The notes under the pieces are model-generated. The model saw nothing but the letters and a program-made list of their open reading frames with translations. It searched no databases and was not told the origin of the DNA. DNA of 64,000 nt from the human T2T-CHM13v2.0 reference genome, Homo sapiens: the NCBI RefSeq assembly GCF_009914755.1, contig NC_060936.1; one strand, given 5' to 3'. Of this stretch, positions 22,590-37,753 are shown piece after piece. Within the stretch, counting starts at the first letter, position 1. Every line of letters begins with the position of its first letter. The position numbers were made by a program, and so were the translations under genes.

Positions 22590-25500
22590 GAGAAGAGTAA
22601 TAAGAGATTCTTTAAAAAAAAAATTCCGCCTATCAGTACCTAGTGATAATCATTGACTTCAGTATCAACATTGAGTCATGAGTAGTTAATGGGCTTTGGA
22701 AACACTCCCAAGGGATCCAACTTTTGTTGGTTTTATTTACTAATTCTGAGGCCCTATTAGTAAACCTGACATTGGACTCTAAAAAATAATGTCTTCATTT
22801 TCGTTCCTTTGGCTTAAGATTTTAATTATATTAAAAATTGGACTTTTGCTGGAAAAGGCTTAAGAACCCTGCAAAGAGGAAAACTAAGCATGGCATGTAC
22901 TGAAAAATGAAACCATGAGCTGAAAACAAATGTACTTAGCCTTCATCTTGATTTGGAATAAGAAAGAAATTCAAGCTTCACAATAGATGTGTATCTAGTC
23001 ACTTTAAAACAAAAATGTAATATAGTAGTTTAATTGCTCTCATCTCATTAATATAAATATTAAATTAAATAATACTTTTGAAGGATATCTCCTCTTTTCC
23101 AAACTGCTTTCCAGTTTTCAATTAACTAATTGCTTTTGCTGACAAAATTAATTTCAGATGTGCACAAGCTGGCGATTACATTTTTCAGTTTAAGGAAGTC
23201 AAAACCATAACAGCAAATGAAATGAAATCACAAATTAAATTATTAGATATAGGAATGTAATTTAGTTTACAGTGGTCACTTTAGGTAGCTCTAAAAAAAG
23301 ATCCACAGGGTATAAATTTGGCCTAACCCTCAATTCCAATTCTTATGTTTTGAGCCATTCCCTCAATTTCTACACATTGCTTGTTCTATCTGCCCTTGCC
23401 TTCCTTGTCTTGATCTCTCTGCCTTTGTTCTCTGGTCTGCATTTGCTCTCCTTTTTCTGGTCCAGATGCTTCCTCAGATCACAAAATTTAGTTCTTTCAC
23501 AGGCTTCCACATGAACACATTCACGAAATATTTCTTGAACTTAATAATTTTACTGAAGAACTGCACATTCAGAAAGAGTAACAAAACAGGCAATTGTACT
23601 CTGCCGTCTTTTTATTCAACCTCCATTTTTTCTCTCCACACACAACCCTCTCAATATTTTTATTATTTTATCCCACAGACAGAAATTACTTAACCTTCAG
23701 ACCTACGGGAATCTGAGGTCTTCCTCAATGCAATATATCAAGGAGTTCCTCCTCATAAATCCAGTGCTATTTTTCAAGGATACATTGGTTTATATATAAT
23801 ATTGCTCATTTTGTCATAGAAACACAGTATAGAAATTCATGAGCTTGTAATAGTTTTCTCTGGGTTTGAATCCAAGGTGTACTCACACAGAAGATGACAC
23901 TAGTGCTTTTGGGCTTGACTGTGCCTCTCCTGGTGGTTGTGTTCATTTGTTACATGATTCTTGTACAAAGCAATAGAAGCTGTCAGTCATTAAAATGGAA
24001 GGCATACAGCTTTGTGTCTGTCTGAGGATAAAATTGGATTTCTCTGTCTGGGTTCTGCTGATTCCTTTTTATTCCACAAAGCAAATTGCTTTTCAAAGGT
24101 GTCAGTATTAACCGGAAAAGCTTCTGCTATGACAGGTAGTACTAAAAGCTTATTAGGAGCAATACTTTGTATTCTCTACTGAATATCCTAGCATTGGAGA
24201 ATAGATTTTTGTAATACAAAATTCATTTCCAAAGTTTTGTGCAATTTCACGTGCCTTACATTTTTTCGTTTCATTTCCATTCCCTTCTCATTTTCTTTGT
24301 GTCTAACACATCACATTTTTCACATTTATTTACAGTGCAATATGTCATTTTGGAAGCAATAGACAGCTTTAGCAAATGGCTATATTTGTGATGAAAAACT
24401 AGATAAAACTTTTGGCATCAAGTATAAGATGTAATTTTATAACCTTAATTGAGAAACTTCAAACACTGCTTTAAGCATTCACATTTTTTTGTTTAACATG
24501 TTTTATATAATTGATTGCTTTGAGTGTAAACCAGCAGTAATTCCCTGTGGAACTTCTCTAAATTTCTATCATAACATTTGTTCAAACAAGCAAAATTATA
24601 ACATAGTACATATTATTTTAGCACATATAATTAAATAGAATTTTATTTAAACAAAAGTTTTGATTATACATTATGTAACTTGATATCTTTTATTATTCAT
24701 AAGCACCACAGTAATTTGAAAGGTTTGATGTAAATACAGCAGTCAAGTGAGGTTATTTGGACTTTTAAAAATATTTTAATTAATTCTTAATACCACTCAA
24801 AGATAAATAATGATTTGCCACTAAGGTGAATGGGAATGAAAGTGTACGATGATATTAATGAATACTACCAAGACATAACTTAATAAAAGTATTTCATTGT
24901 CCATCTATTTCTCTGGTTTGTCTGATTGAAGAAAATTATAAAATTATACTATCAGAAGCCTAAACTGGATAGCCACTTGAATTTTAAGTTTTGTAATCAT
25001 TTAAATTTCATTTGCAATGTCATTTAAAGATAAAATATTACATGCCCTGTTAAGATGAATGGAAGCACAATTGCATTTATAGTCATAAAAATTTCATTGC
25101 ATAAAGTAATATTTAAAGCGATTTAAAGATTAGTATTGGTTTAGTAAATATTAGAAAATGTTTTTCAAGTATTTCTTTGTAACATTAGAATATTTTAGCA
25201 ATTTATTAAAAATACAAAATAAATGAAAACAAAAGTTGTTACTAGTTCATCTTTTGTTGCTGACACAATTGAAAAAAATAATGACAATATCTTAAATAGT
25301 ATTGAATATTTCAAAGGAGTGTTCACATAATCATTAATGACATGCCAAAACAATAAGTAGTTTGTTTAAAAATGTACAAAAAAATTGTGTGATGAAATGG
25401 CATTTTCAGTTGTCATTGCAATATTTTTTACTTATTTCTTCATAACCTCCGTATGGTTATAATACTAAATTTGAGTTAATTCACACATTCACTTCTTCCT

Positions 25501-26331
25501 GGTGTCTGCAACACTCATCACTTATCAAGACCTTCCTCCCTGTTATTTCATTCTAACAAATTTCAACATAATGATCGATTCCTGATTATCTCCATTATAT
25601 AAAACATCTGGAAAAACCTGGAAAGGTCAGTTATGGAACACTCTCTAACACTTCCAAATTCTGTTTACACAGCATTTAGAGAGGTGTTTTGGTATACTGA
25701 ATGTTGTGTCTCTATTCAGATAATCATAATCAATTGCACTAGATATTTGCATGCTTAAGATTTTTGTTTTATATTAGTTTATTTTGTATTTTACAGCTTT
25801 ATTGAAATTTAATTGAAACATTAAAAACTGCATATTTAATATGTGCACCTTGAAAGTTTTGACATACATGAAACAATAGAACCATGATCACAATCAAGAT
25901 AATGAACACATTTATTGTCCTCCCCCAAATTTATTCATATCCCTTTTTGTTCCCTCCCTCCTTTTCCTCCTTGCGCAACACCCAACCCAGTCCCTACACT
26001 GCCACAAAACTGAGTTCTTCCATTTGAGTTTCTAGAATATTTATAAATAGAATCATATGATATGTATCTTTTATCTGACTTATTTCACTCATTATAGTTA
26101 TTTCGATATCTATCCATGTTTCTGTGGGTTTTCGTAGTTAAATTGTTTTTATTGCTGAGTATACTTCCTTTGTATGGATATAGCACAATTTGTTTATTCC
26201 TTCATTCTTTGATGGACATGTAGATTGTTTACAGTTTCAGACTACTGTAAACAAAGTTGCTATGAACACTCAAATACAAGTATTTGCATGGACATATGTT
26301 TTTCTGGACTAAATGCTTAAGAGTGGAATAG

Positions 26332-26758
<427 letters not shown>

Positions 26759-26960
26759 TTTATTTTATTTTGTTTTATTTTATTTTATTTTATTTTATTT
26801 ATTTTATTTTATTTTATTTTATTTATTTTATTTTATTTTATTTTATTATTTTATTTTATTTTATTATTTTATTTTAAGAAAAGGTCTCACTATTGCCCAG
26901 GCTGGGCTTGACCTGGCAAGATTCTCGCACCTCAGCCTGCCAAGTAGCTGGAACTACAGA
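26759..26960 (-). mobile_element. FLAM-type Alu monomer with (TTTTA)n tail (26759-26875)
   Basis: ggtctcactattgcccaggctgggcttgacctggcaagattctcgcacctcagcctgccaagtagctggaactacag. Confidence 0.75.
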
Positions 26961-28093
26961 TAATTGAGAAAACTTTTCAGAAATTTCCCAACTGATTTCT
27001 GAAATGATTGCACCATTTCACATTCCCACTATGAGAATTTCAGTTGCTCTAGATCATTGCAAAAATGGATGTTATTAGTTTTGTTTTATTGGTTTTTGGC
27101 TTTTGTTTTTCTAACGGATGTAGAATAGTAGTATCTCACTGCAGTTTTAATTTGTCTTGGACCTAATACCTACTGATGTTGAGCATCAACAGCAACAAAA
27201 AGATTTTTTCTGTGCTTATTTGCAATCTTTTTGTCTTCTTTGAGGAAGTGAGTGTAGAAATCTTTCAGCCATTTTCATTCTTCCTTATTATTAGGTAGTG
27301 AGACTTGTTTACATATTATGGATATAAGCCGTTTATTAGATTTACGATTGGCTAGTATTTTATTTTTCTTACCCGAAAGTACTGTATAACACCTCTACAA
27401 TTATACTGAATAGAAGTGGTGAAAATGAACATTCCTGTATTTTTCCTGTATTTTAGTGGTAGAGGCATTCAACCTTTCACGCTTAAGTATGATGTTAGCC
27501 ATAGTTTTTTTGTTTGTTTATTTTTCTTTTTTTTTTCTCCCCCCAGGCACATATAATTAGAGAAAGTTATCCTCCTTTTGCTCTTCTTAAGGTTTTTCTG
27601 ATGAATGGATGCTGAATTCAGTCATTTGCTTTTTCTGCATCTACTGAAATTATTATATGGTTTTCATCCTTTAGTTTATTAACATAGAGGACTAGATTTT
27701 GAATGTTAAATCAGCCTTACATTTGTGAGATAAACTGTGGGATAAACCCCACTTGATCATGAAGCATTACTCTTTGCTATGTATTGTTGAATTTAATTTG
27801 CTAAAATTTTATACCTATATTTTTACTTATATATATGAGGAGGATATTAATCTGTAGTTTTCTTTTTTTTTGAATTATGTGTGTGTCTGGTTTTGGAATC
27901 AGGATCATGGTATCTTCGTAGAGTGATTTGGGATATATTTCCTTCTTTTAAATATTTGTAAAGATTTGAGTAAATATTTTTGCAATATTTAATAGGATTC
28001 ATTAGAGGACACCAAGGACTACAGTTTTCTCTGTGGCACTAAATGTAAGTAAAGCAAATTAACTAAAGTTAAATTGCTTTAATAAATACAGAG

Positions 28094-28817
<724 letters not shown>

Positions 28818-29381
28818 CAAGATTATTCAAACTATCTATTTCTTATTGAATAAGACTTATTTTTGGTCAAAATATAGTATATCTAAACAAATATTCCATG
28901 TGTACTTGAAAATAATGTATATTTTGCTATTGTTCCACAGAATGTTTAAAAATCTAAATTTCATCTTATGGTTTATAGTTTTGTTCAAATCTCCCATGTA
29001 CTTATTGGCTTTTATTTTCCTTGTTCTAATCTATTTTTGGAAGAGAAATATAGAAATATCTGCCTAAAATTTTAGATATGCTTGTTTCTTTTTACAGTTG
29101 TATCAGGTTGTTTGTCATATATTTGAGAGCTTTGTTGTTAGGTATATAACATTTTAGAACTGTTAAGTCCTCTTAATGAATTGACCCTTTTGTCATTATG
29201 AAATTCCATTTTTTATATCTAATAATATTCTTTACTCTGAAATATACTTTGTCTGACATTAATAGCCATTCATAATTTGTTTTATTAGTACTATCATGGT
29301 ATATATACTACTACTAATTTAATTTTAATTCATGTGTGACTTTATTGTTGAAGTGCCTTTCTTGTAAGCAGCATATATTAA

Positions 29382-29444
29382 TTTCTTCATCTTAAGTAAA
29401 TCATTAGTAAGTTTTTCTTCATCTTAAATGAATCATTAGTAAGT
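29382..29444. repeat. 32-bp tandem duplication
   Basis: tttcttcatcttaagtaaatcattagtaagt / tttcttcatcttaaatgaatcattagtaagt. Confidence 0.85.
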
Positions 29445-30563
29445 AGGTTATTTAGGCCATTTCAGTCGTTTACATTTAAGGTGTTTATTTATATGGTTAT
29501 GATTAAATATATCATTTTGCTGCATGTTTTCTATTTGTTCCCTGTTTTCTTTATTCCTTTTTAATCTTTTTTGCATGTTTTATTATTTGATAATTTTATT
29601 ATTTCATTTTATCTCCTTTGAAGTGTTATTTAGCATAATCATATGTTTTGTTATTTTAGTGGTTGTTTTAGGAATATAGTACATACTTTTAACTTGGAAT
29701 CTAGCCCATGTATAGTATAGGAAGTTTGAATCTGGTTATATATTTTTATAATAAAGTAATTACTTTATTTTTATAATAAAGTAATAAAATATCTAGTGCT
29801 GTCTTTTCTCTCTGATTTTTTGTCTTTTATGTGTGTCATTATTATTGTGTGAAAAAGTGAAACACCCTTTTACTTCTATTAGCTCTCAGAGGTTATACTT
29901 GAAGTGTGTCTCTTATACGGTATATGGTTAAGCATTGCTGTCTCATCCAGTCTGAAAATCTCTACATTTTAATTGGGATGTTTACATTTATATGTGATAA
30001 AAGTATTTATATGGCAGGTTTAAGTGTACTATCTTTCTATTTATTTTCAATTTGTCTTATATGTTCTTTTTTGTTTCTTCTTTTTCTACCTTTATTTATT
30101 TCAATATATATTTCTTAATACGTCATTTTTTTCCTCTATTGCTATGGCTTCATATGTTTTACTAGTTGCTCTAGGATTTAGAGTATATACTTTATCATAC
30201 TTTATCTGGGATTAATTATATACCACCTAACATTTAATGTGAGAATCACAGAGTAACATGTTTATTTAGCCCTTCCCATGCTAATGACATTTTGTCATGT
30301 ATTACACTTCTACATATGATGTAACTTTCTCCTAATAAAATATAATTTTGTATGAGTAGCCAATCTTGTTTTAAGTAAATTAAGGAAAGTAAAAATAACT
30401 TTATATTGATCCACATATTCACCAGTTCCAGTGCTCTTTATTCATCAATGTAGATCCAAATTTCTATAAGAATTTTCCTTCAGCCTAAAAACTTCCTTTA
30501 ATATTTTTTGAAAGTTTGGATCTGTTGGTAACACATTTTCTAAGCTTTGTTTTATACATATGC

Positions 30564-30587
30564 ATGTGTGTGTGTGTGTGTGTGTGT
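30564..30587. repeat. (TG)n microsatellite
   Basis: Read directly from the sequence. Confidence 0.9.
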
Positions 30588-31706
30588 AACTTTGTGTATA
30601 CAGGTGTATAAATACATATATACTTATTTATATTTATATCATATATAATAATAATAACTTCAGCTCTATTTTTGAAGGAGATTTTAAATGAATATAGAAT
30701 TTTGGTTGACATTTTCCTTTTTTTCCTGCCAGTGTACTGATTCATTGACTTCTGGAACACACATTTAATGAGAAGTATGCTGCCATTTTTGAATTTTTTA
30801 AAATAATTTGTCCTTTTATTTGCTTGTAATTATTTTTCTTAACTTTGAGGTTTACCATTTTAGCTATGATGTGCCTAAATGTGGTTTAATTAACATGATT
30901 CTTCTTAAATTTAATTTTATGTTGAGCTTATGTTTTTAACTTTAGAAAAATTTAGTTATTGATTTATGAATATTTCTTTCCGTTTAATCTTATTACTCCT
31001 CTCCTTCTGTATCTCCAGGTATAAAAATGGCAAAGCATTTGATATTGCCATACATGTCTTTGAGGCTCTTTTAAATTTAAATCTTTCTTTTCTTTGAGTT
31101 TCAGCTTGGAAAAGTTTTACTTGATCTCATATTTACTGTCTCTCTCATCAGTAATATTTAATTTTGCTATATAGTACCATCTGGTGGTACTAAAAATTTT
31201 AATTTCAAATGTTGCATTTTTCATCCTATAATTTCTACTTTTTTCTATTAGAATTGTCATGCTTCTACCACATATGCCAAGTCTTCACTTATCATATCCA
31301 TCTTTTTCTATAAATTCTAAACACGTCAAAAGAGGTATTTAAGAGTCTTTATTCGGTAATTTCAATGTCTAAGTTATATATAGGTCTGATTCTATCGATC
31401 ATTTTTATCTCTATGTGTTTGCATGGCTAGAAGTTTCTTTTTATAAACTAGTTACGGTGGATAACACATTAAAAAGACTCACTTCTCTATCTTCCTTTAA
31501 AGAATGTTAAGTATAGAACTAGAAGATAGTTAATTATGGAGTCTACCTTAACGAGCTTTTACTCCTAGGGAATCTGTTTTAGTAGTCTCGACTGATTTTT
31601 TTGTTGGACCCTTGGCTCCCTTTCTAGTCATCAAAGTTTCATCATCTGTTAAAAGCTCTGCTTTTTAGCTCCTCAGCATCTCCATTCCATTTTAAGAGTC
31701 AGAGTT

Positions 31707-31957
31707 CCTGTAATCCCAGCACTTTGGGAGGCTGAGGCGGGGGGATCACGAGGTCAGGAAATCGAGACCATCCTGGCTAACACGGTGAAACCCCGTCTCT
31801 ATTAAAAACACAAAAAATTTAGCCGGGCTTGGTGGCGGGCGCCTGTAGTCCCAGCTACTGGGGAGGCTGAGGCAGGAGAATGGCGTGAACCCGGGAGGCG
31901 GAGCTTGCAGTGAGCCGAGCACTCCAGCCTGGGCGACAGAGGAAGATTCCGTCTCAA
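31707..31957 (+). mobile_element. AluY, 5'-truncated, with a 12-bp internal deletion and no poly(A) tail
   Basis: Starts cctgtaatcccagc, reads gagccgag|cactccagc across the deletion, and ends gtctcaa directly into the flank. Confidence 0.92.
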
Positions 31958-32379
31958 GTTGGCAAATTGCTCAGAATTTTGACCATTATTTCAGACTCTT
32001 TCTGCATTGTTAGCCGTAAAATTCCATTTTCCTCTCAAAACCGACTAGGAGTACCACAAAGTCTGCAGTTTCTTATGTCTCATGCAAGCAATCATAAAAT
32101 TTCCTGAAGTGGAGAACAGTGGCTAACGTTTGTATCATCTTGATGGATTTTCTTGTCTTGTGGCTTTTGCCTCCTCAGATCTAATCTCCCCTGGTTGCTC
32201 TCCAACGCATCAAATTGCTAAATTTGTATATTTCTTTTTTCAGAGTTTTTCTATAGTCTCAGTGGGAGGCAAGTCTATCAGCTATTCCATCATTTCAGAA
32301 ATAGGAAGTCTTCCCTTCTTTTTATTTTATGTTTATTAGTGTATTGCTATGTAGTAGAAAATAGTTTTTTAATTTTCAG

Positions 32380-32830
32380 TAATTCACTTATATAGTTATC
32401 TATTCATTCAGAAAATATGCATTGTATAGCAGGTATTGTGTTAATTATTGAGAGAACTGTTTTAGCTAGACATTATTATATAACTCTTTATTGAACTCAA
32501 ATTTGTGTGTTTATGTTATCTATTATTTATCAATGTATTTATTATGTATATTATATAGACACACATACACATCACTTTATCGAACTTTTAAAATATTATT
32601 ATTACATTTTGAATTATAAGTAAACTGAGACTTGATGTTCATATATTTAATAATATATCTGGATTTTTCACCCAGCTGTAGGTAACTTTTTATAGCATAG
32701 GTCTTTGTAAGACATTAAGCAAAATAACAATAGTAAAAACAGTGACTGTCTTGTTTTAAGAGATTATCATAATACCTGGTTCAAAATAGGCGTGCTGGAA
32801 ATTATTGCTTCATTTATAAATGATTGAATC
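32380..32830. mobile_element. Cluster of L2 and MIR fragments
   Basis: tattcattcagaaaatatgc (L2 tail, minus), ataagtaaactgagact (MIR core), ataatacctggttcaaaatagg...tgattgaat (L2 tail, plus). Confidence 0.45.
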
Positions 32831-34574
32831 CCTAAAACAAAACATTCTGCCTTTACAGAGACTGAATCCCAAATCTTGACATTATTTATATCAGCATTCT
32901 CACAAGTTAAACAATTGGCTATGTCATGCTCATCTGTTTGCCTAAAAAGCTCCTACTTTCATCTTCTATGTGCACGCATCATATTTAAATAGGCTATATC
33001 ATAACTATTGGGACTAAATTTAAACTGCTCAAAAACATCCTTCAAGATTTATAGACAGAGCTTCTTGTTTGCATTTTATTTGTGCTCTGTGATTCATTTA
33101 TACTAAAATTTATGACCCAGGTTGTAGGTATCCTTATGTGCCTTTTACATAGATTAAATAGAGAATTATGTAAACCAACCACATGTTAAATAATTAGCTA
33201 CAAATTTTCAACCAAAACTGGAGTTGGTAGGCTGTAAGAATATATATATGAATAAGAACTATGCTTTACCTAAAGAGGAGTCTAGGAAGAGTCCAGTTAC
33301 AATTTTGGAATACATTTTGTTTAATTAGAAGCAAATATTTTTTGTAATATTTGGTTTTCCTAAGTTTCATGGGACACTGACACCTGTACAAATCTATGGC
33401 ATTAAAATTATTGCCTTAAATTTCACATTCTCAAACATTATATTGAACACATCAGCATGTCTGTAATTTTTATTCGGTCATATAACTCATGATACTTTAC
33501 TATTAAAGCCTTCTGCTAGGAGTTTTATGATTATGTAAATTATTTGCCTTTTGAGGCTGTTGAATTACTCATCTGAATTTTTAACAAAGAGGAACCTCCA
33601 TTAACTAAAGCATTAGTTTCTGAATTTGTGCTTCTTTATGATGTATGATTATATATTTGTGCTTATACATTTTAATAAAGAGTGTGTTTTGATGTAAACA
33701 GTGCTGATGTATTTGGTTATCTACATTGAAGGAATGACACTAGTACCCAAACAGGCAAATGTGGTATCATCTCCATATGTTAACAGAGAACTGAATTCTT
33801 GGCAGAGCCTCAAAGAGAAGCTAATGAACTTCCAAATAGAATGAAACTTTTTTGCCTTTTAACTAATATAAAGTATGAAAGACCTGATCTGAAGATTTAC
33901 AAAGTTCATCAAAACTTTCAAGGATGCATCTGTTTTATTTGGTTGTAGTAAGATTTCACAACAGTCAAAGAGCATGGGACACAGCTGTTTTCCAGCTGGT
34001 ACTTTGTAAGATTTCACTGGAGTGGAATGTTTGTTACACTAGGCTTCATTAAAATTAAATTCTACCTTCATTCTACTTACCATGGAAATTAATAATTTTA
34101 TAAGCTATAGCTCATGCTTCTACAAGGTTTAGCGAAAGAATAAATAAAGTGGAATATGTTAGAACATCTGTAATTTCACAAAATAAAGGAAAGGTATTTT
34201 GAAGACATTTTGAAAGAAATATTTAACGGAAAGTCAACATTTAAACAGATCAATAATATCCAAAGTTTGAGGAAATTAATATTCTTGATGCTGAGCATCT
34301 CTTAATCATTCAGTCTGTTTAAATATTAGCCTCGAGATCAAACTGAAGAAGTAACTGATCTTAATCACAATTAATGTTTTTAAAGAACAGAAAAATATCT
34401 GAAAAAGAGAAAGTTTATATAATAATAATGAAGTAAATTGATATAAGCAATGCAAATATTATCTTAAGATCTGAAATCTAGGAAAAGAGAAAATGTAACA
34501 GACAAACAGTAAGCAGGGATGAAAAGTATGAAATGGTTTAAAATTTGCTCCCAGAATAACTGGCTTTAAATCTG

Positions 34575-35030
34575 TAGCCATTATAATGCTTCACTATAAG
34601 TTAAATAATACCACTGTAATAATGACTTAAACAATTCAGACATTTATTACATAAATTAACAAGAATGCTGGAGGTGGGCCATTTCATAGTTCAGTGACTT
34701 AATGATGTTATTAAGAATACAGGTTTTTCTCATCATTTTGCTCTGTCATCTTCAGAATAAGAGTACTATTCACATGATAATGCAGCAGACCTAGGCATCA
34801 ATTACCGTGCAACACTGCACAATGAAAAGAGAAGATGGGGAAAAAACAAAACAAAACAAAACTAAGCCAGCTGTATCCTTTCTCTACCCTTCTTTCCATA
34901 AGGGAATAAAATTTTCTTCTAAAAACAAATAGCAAACATCCCTTTGAGGATCAACGGTCAGGACAGGGCCCTATGTGCATCAAAAGGGAAACCAATAACA
35001 ATGAGGACAGGGTTTCTATGGTTGGATTAT
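34575..35030 (-). mobile_element. LTR33-like (ERVL) solo LTR
   Basis: tgacttaaacaattcagacatttattacataaattaacaagaatgctggaggtggg...ttaatgatgttattaagaatacagg...ttttgctctgtcatcttcag. Confidence 0.6.
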
Positions 35031-35395
35031 GTCAGCGGATTTTGTAGCTTTTGATTGTGTCTCCTGGTAAGAAGTCATTTTATACAAAAAAAAGGCATAA
35101 TTTTGCATTAAGCAAAATATGAAATGATGCAATTTCAATACTAAAAGATGTATGCACTTTTTAATGGCATTTTTACAAATATGTAAAATGCAATTATTCT
35201 TATAACATAGCAAGATATTTTAATATGGCATAACATAAAACTTTATTTATGTTCTTCCTAAATAGGAGATAAAAGAAAGTAGTACTTGATAATTTTGCTT
35301 ACTTGAATCATCAGATTTTTCCAGTTCCACAATGTGTAAGTGGATCAATATACTTTTAAATAGTAGAGGGGAAATGAAGACAGGCAGACTAGGAG

Positions 35396-35525
35396 CAGGA
35401 TGATCATATAATTTATTTCCTAAACTAAAAAACTTCTTAAAGCCTTATTTATTAACTACTACTAATTATGTAACAATAAGTGGTATAAACCATACACAGC
35501 AGTGGCCATAAAGGATATTACCAAA
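35396..35525. mobile_element. hAT-Blackjack MITE remnant (MER94/MER81-like)
   Basis: caggatgatcatataatttatttcctaaac resembles the cagggtgaccatataatttatcgtccaaac terminus. Confidence 0.4.
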
Positions 35526-35584
35526 GTAATTCTAAGATTCTCTTGACTGGGAAAAATTATTGTATTCATTAAACACAAAGTTCT

Positions 35585-35770
35585 TTATTATTATTCTGCC
35601 ATTATTGCCTGCTTATTATGTGCTTGTCCTTTCCTGTGCATTTTACAAGTATCACTTCATTATTCTTTTAAAGAGCATGTGAGATAGATATTATTTTATT
35701 TTTCTTATGGAAAAAAATAACAAGATGAAATCCAAACTCTTTATTACGATGCTTTAGTATCTTACACTGC
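35585..35770 (-). mobile_element. MIR fragment
   Basis: gcttattatgtgc...gcattttacaagtatcacttcatt...gtgagatagatattattttattt. Confidence 0.5.
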
Positions 35771-37631
35771 TTTGAGCTATACTGTATGCTTTCCTAACAA
35801 GGCCACTAAAGTAGCAGAATAAATGAAAAACAGCTATAAATCTTCTTTCCATGGGGACTTTATAGAGCACTTGAATCTCAACATCTGTGGGAACATTGTA
35901 TCAAAGAAACTACAAACCTGTTTTCAAACAGAGATGATAAGGAATTAAGACACTTTAGATGATGTGGACAAAAATCACTCATGCGTATAGCAAACGGTTT
36001 TTGAACAACAACCAATTATGAGACACTGCAGTAAACAAGATGAAAGAAATCAAGTTCTTAGCTTCAAGAAATGAACACATAGCCTCAAGATGAAATAGGT
36101 AAAACTGGCTCCACCACATGGCATTATTAGATCAGGATCCCAGCTGCCATGGGTTTCCATGGGTGGAGAATGATAGAGAAGAGTTTTCCAAGTACAGGAA
36201 ATGAACTGACTGAAGGAAGAAATGTTTACTTCATCTTTAGAAAAGAGCAAGTTGATTTTATCAGAGAGGAAATACACATACACACACATACTTACATACA
36301 CATGGATGAGCTCATGTCCTTACATATTCTCCTACATACATGCTTATGCAATAAGTACACACACATTCACATACAGCTCTGCAGAAAAAAGAAAACAGGA
36401 CAACGAGGACTCTGTGACTTTCTTTTAATTCTGAAAAAGCATATAAATCTAACATATATATATAGCATTTGTAATTGTAAAACTCACTTTAAATCTCAGA
36501 TACAAAAATTCTTTTCACCCAGTAAAACTAATCATCAAAATCATTTTTTTGGAAATCATATGTATGTTATTTGTGTAAAATAAACATGAGATTTCCTTGA
36601 CATGCTCCTAAATATTTATTGGGAAAATGTTATATCTGTCATCACATTTTTAGGGTATTTTACAAAGAAGAATAAAGCTGTAAATTATAGGACTTAGTCA
36701 AAATATAATAGACTAAGTCCTATAATACATGCTTTTTTCTGAAATAATGAAAGACCCATTCAGGAAGCTTCATCTGTAAAGAATGTTTTTCACAAAGTGA
36801 TATTAAAGCTGAAAATCAAAAAGGGGAAAAGAGAACAAAGCGGGTAAATATGTGTGTTATTCTATTTAAAACGACATTTAAAAGCAGAATAGAAAAGAAG
36901 AAAGAGATCTGGTTTCAGATACAGTCCTCAGTACTGGAAAATAAAACAAACAGTGTGAGTCTGTTTTGCTTAAATTTGACATTTCTTGTTAGAACTTTTA
37001 AGATCTAACCTCGGTGGAGTGAAAAAGACTACAAAGTCTACTATTACACAACTTAATTTATGTTTCTCTAGCCTTTTACATTCTATAGACACCTCTGTTA
37101 TTATCCTTTATAATTTTTGAGCAGTCCTTAGTACATTGGAGAAAATTTCTACTTATTGAATATTTTATGCTTGTTTACCTTAAACACTCCTGGGTACAAA
37201 CTTTATTCATAACACACAAAGCTAAATACTATGTTTCTTCTTTTCCTTTTATTTTATGTTACCGTTGTAAGCATTAAGAACTTCCTTTCATAACCAGTTA
37301 CTTTTCTTTAGATTTAGAGGATTATATACTTGAGTACATTTTTTTTCAAAGAAATACTGCAACATGTATAAATTGTGAGAAGCCAGGAAATTAAAATCAC
37401 AAACAAATTGTAAGAAATTGTAAGTCCAATGCATAAAATAATCAACATATACATTTCTTTGTGTTTCTTCTCTTTCCTCTGTTTCCGAATTGGTATAATT
37501 GTTACTTTTGATAATTTATAAGAAGGAATTATACTAAGAACAAGAAGTTTCTGTAAGGCATTATTTTCTGTCCCACACTAATAACATTACACCCTGTATT
37601 TTGCATAGACTGCTCTTGTCTGCAAAATAGA

Positions 37632-37706
37632 AGATAGATAGATAGATAGATGATAGATGATAGATAGATAGATGATAGATGATAGATAGATAGATGATAG
37701 ATAGAT

Positions 37707-37753
<47 letters not shown>
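37632..37753 (+). repeat. Complex (AGAT)n/GAT tetranucleotide STR
   Basis: [AGAT]5 GAT AGAT GAT [AGAT]3 GAT AGAT GAT [AGAT]3 GAT [AGAT]2 GAT [AGAT]11. Confidence 0.95.

Larger units (their letters stand above)
29800..32330 (-). mobile_element. Very old L1ME-type 5' portion (ORF2 start, ORF1, 5' region)
   Basis: atccagtctgaaaatctctacattttaattgg; ctatttttgaaggagattttaaatgaatatagaattttggttgac; tagctatgatgtgcctaaatgtgg. Confidence 0.65.

Noticed and set aside
36149-36583. 144-aa ORF in non-repeat DNA
   Set aside because: No recognisable domain; openness is helped by CA/TACA-rich low-complexity sequence; no supported exon structure.
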